DNA of 64,000 nucleotides from a bacterium (GTDB taxonomy: Bacteria; UBA8248; JACPRG01; G963555815): assembly GCA_965218795.1 (NCBI GenBank), contig OZ244653.1:2688001-2752000 (forward strand), given 5' to 3'. Both the position numbers and the translations under genes were made by a program. Numbering within the stretch: position 1 is the stretch's first letter; the number at the start of each line of letters is the position of its first letter. Positions 61,825 through 64,000 of the stretch are shown here, one piece after another. The notes beneath the pieces were generated by a model that did not search any database, was not told the origin of the DNA, and saw only the letters and a list, made by a program, of their open reading frames with translations.

Positions 61825-64000
61825 TCATGAGCCTTGTCCGGCCCCCAGGGCCTCCAAAATCCGATCCGCGGTGAATGGCATTGATTCGATTCGAACTCCG
61901 ATGGCGTCGTAGATCGCGTTGGCCACGGCCGCGGCGGTCGGGACCAGCGCCGGCTCTCCGATCCCCTTGGCTCCGAAGGGACCCGAGGGGTCTTCCTCTT
62001 CCACGAGGAGGGACCGGACCTCCGCGAAATCGAGAGTGGACGGGATCTTGTAGTCCACCAGCGTCGGGTTGGTCACCGCGCCGTCTTCAAACACCATCTC
62101 TTCGGAGAGGAGCCAGCCGATCCCCGTGGCCGCCGCGCCTTCGATCTGCCCTTCGCACCCCTCCGGGCTGATGGCCCGGCCGACGTCGTGGGCGGAATGA
62201 AGGGCGATCACCTCCACTTGGCCCGTCTCGGTGTCCACCTCCACCTCTGCGATCTGCGTCGCGTAAATAAAGGCCGAGAACATCGCGGCGTCATGCCATC
62301 CCTCGATGGTCAGGTCCGTGGGGGAGTCGTACGTCGGTTTTTGAAAGAATGAACCCGTCCCCATGATCGCTCCCCCGTCTGCGTAAAGACCGAACATGAC
62401 CACATCGTTGTACGTGGCTCTCCGGTCGGGGGCGCTTCGAACCCAGACCTCGCCGTCCTGCATGTCCAGGTCCTCGGGGGCGGCCTCCAGCATCGTCCCC
62501 GCGATGTCCAGGAATCGTTCCTTGACCTCGGAGGCGGCGCGCAGGATGGCATTGCCCGTGTTGTAGGTCGTCCGGCTGGCGTCCGTCGCCCAGTCGTACG
62601 CCGTGGTCAGGGTGTCGGACATGACGATGGAGACGTTCTCCAGCGGAACGCCCAGGGCCTCGGCCGCAATCTGTGACAGCACGGTCCTCTGACCGCCGCC
62701 CACCTCCGTCCCGCCCGTCAGAATCGTGACGGACCCGCCGATGTCCATCTTGAGAATGGCTCCGGAAGTGAGGATGGCGCTGACGTGCTGCATCGAGGCC
62801 GCGCCGACCCCTCTTTTTTTCCGGGAGCCGCTCGGCTCGAGGGCCGGCTTCTCGGCGTTCTCCCAATCCCAGCCGACGCTCTCGGCCGCCCGGCGAAGCG
62901 TCTCCTCGAAGGCCGCATGAGGGACCGGCTGGCCGGTCAGAACGGTGTCCCGGTCCGTGATCGCGTTCTTCATCCGGAGCTCGACGGGATCCATGCCGAG
63001 GCGTTCGGCGAGCACGTCCAGCTGGGACTCCCCTGCGAAGTGGATCTGGGGCCCGCCGTACCCGCGGTACGCCCCGAACGGGAGCTTGTTGGTGTAAACC
63101 AACCGGGCCTCCACGCGAACGTTCGGGATTGCATACGGACCCTGCCCATGGAAGAGAGCGAACTCCGTCACGCCCGGCCCATGGGTGGCGTACGCCCCGG
63201 AGTCGACCGTGAAACTGAAATGTCGGGCGGTCATTCGGCCGTCCTTCTTGGCGCCGGTCTTGTACGTCACGATGAACGGGTGCCGGGGGTTGCCCGAGAT
63301 GAACTCCTCCTCCCGCGTCAGCACGATCTTCACCGGACAACCGGTCCGCTGGGCCAGGAGGATCGCGTGGGGCTCAACGCGCAGGTCTATCTTTCCGCCG
63401 AACCCGCCGCCGATGAACGGCGCCACGACCCGGATGTTCCCGGGAAGGAGGAGCAGTGTGTGCAGCAGCTGCATCCGGATCGTGGCGACCGACTGGGTGC
63501 TGGTCCAGACCGTGACCTTTCCGCCGGGTTCCGCTTCGGCGACCGCGGCGTGGGGCTCCATGTAGCACTGGTGGTGGCTGGACGTCCGGAACGTCTGCTC
63601 GACGACCTGATCCGCCTCTTGAAACGCCCTGTCCGGATCCCCTCGAAGGATGTGTATCCGGGAGAGGACGTTCCCGGACCGGATCGGATTGAGGCCGGGA
63701 TTGGTCGCGTACCGCTCCAGATCTTCGTGGATGATCGGGGCGTCGGGCTTCATCGCCTCCAGGGGGTCGAAGACGGCGGGGAGATCTTCGTACTCCACCA
63801 CGATCAGCTCACTGGCCTCCTCCGCGGCGTCCTCGTTCGACGCCGCAATCGCCGCGATCGGCTCCCCGATGTAGCGGGCCTTTTTGTGGGCGAAGATGAC
63901 GCCGTCCTGCATGTACGGCCCGAATCGCAGGAGATTTCCGGCCTCGTCCTTCGGACAGTCTTCCCCTGTCACAATGGCTTTCACGCCCCGGACCTTGAGG
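61825..64000 (-). CDS. Xanthine dehydrogenase family molybdopterin-binding subunit (5' end outside window)
   Basis: Same motifs, close paralogue of 56886-59234 (YDW.TDASRTTYNTGNA). Confidence 0.93.
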   Translation of the reverse strand, partial: LKVRGVKAIVTGEDCPKDEAGNLLRFGPYMQDGVIFAHKKARYIGEPIAAIAASNEDAAEEASELIVVEYEDLPAVFDPLEAMKPDAPIIHEDLERYATNPGLNPIRSGNVLSRIHILRGDPDRAFQEADQVVEQTFRTSSHHQCYMEPHAAVAEAEPGGKVTVWTSTQSVATIRMQLLHTLLLLPGNIRVVAPFIGGGFGGKIDLRVEPHAILLAQRTGCPVKIVLTREEEFISGNPRHPFIVTYKTGAKKDGRMTARHFSFTVDSGAYATHGPGVTEFALFHGQGPYAIPNVRVEARLVYTNKLPFGAYRGYGGPQIHFAGESQLDVLAERLGMDPVELRMKNAITDRDTVLTGQPVPHAAFEETLRRAAESVGWDWENAEKPALEPSGSRKKRGVGAASMQHVSAILTSGAILKMDIGGSVTILTGGTEVGGGQRTVLSQIAAEALGVPLENVSIVMSDTLTTAYDWATDASRTTYNTGNAILRAASEVKERFLDIAGTMLEAAPEDLDMQDGEVWVRSAPDRRATYNDVVMFGLYADGGAIMGTGSFFQKPTYDSPTDLTIEGWHDAAMFSAFIYATQIAEVEVDTETGQVEVIALHSAHDVGRAISPEGCEGQIEGAAATGIGWLLSEEMVFEDGAVTNPTLVDYKIPSTLDFAEVRSLLVEEEDPSGPFGAKGIGEPALVPTAAAVANAIYDAIGVRIESMPFTADRILEALGAGQGS

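Overview
GC-rich bacterial window made of housekeeping/metabolic blocks heavily interrupted by mobile DNA. 1-6.4 kb: a TPR-repeat gene, a Fic remnant and an intact, tightly coupled four-gene operon (unknown 191-aa protein, QatC/QueC-like PP-loop enzyme, XRE-HTH/ImmA-IrrE Zn-peptidase, PIN nuclease) behind a near-consensus sigma70 promoter with a palindromic operator. This operon is the best candidate for an undescribed defence system. 6.6-8.6 kb: ankyrin genes and a truncated M28 peptidase. 8.7-15.8 kb: decayed conjugative-element leading region (HEPN-like, RHH, DUF2493, toprim, ssb, multi-CxxC protein). 15.8-20.2 kb: an IS3 carrying two different nested IS110 elements with readable bridge-RNA-like ends. 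20.4-24 kb: metal-uptake operon (RGPP leader peptide, porin, ZnuA/ZnuB-like). Then IS3/IS481/IS66 debris, a lipoprotein, a frameshifted GDSL autotransporter, a Liv-type ABC transporter, bioB, a CCG Fe-S protein, mltA, tRNA-Phe, pcaHG, an MmeI-type R-M gene cut by IS630 and joined to an Mrr fragment, and a catabolic block with four xanthine-dehydrogenase-family Mo subunits, three solute-binding proteins and an Old Yellow Enzyme. Ankyrin/TPR genes plus IS load and pseudogenes suggest a host-associated (for example sponge-symbiont-like) genome, but that is inference. All family calls come from motif recognition by eye, without database searches.
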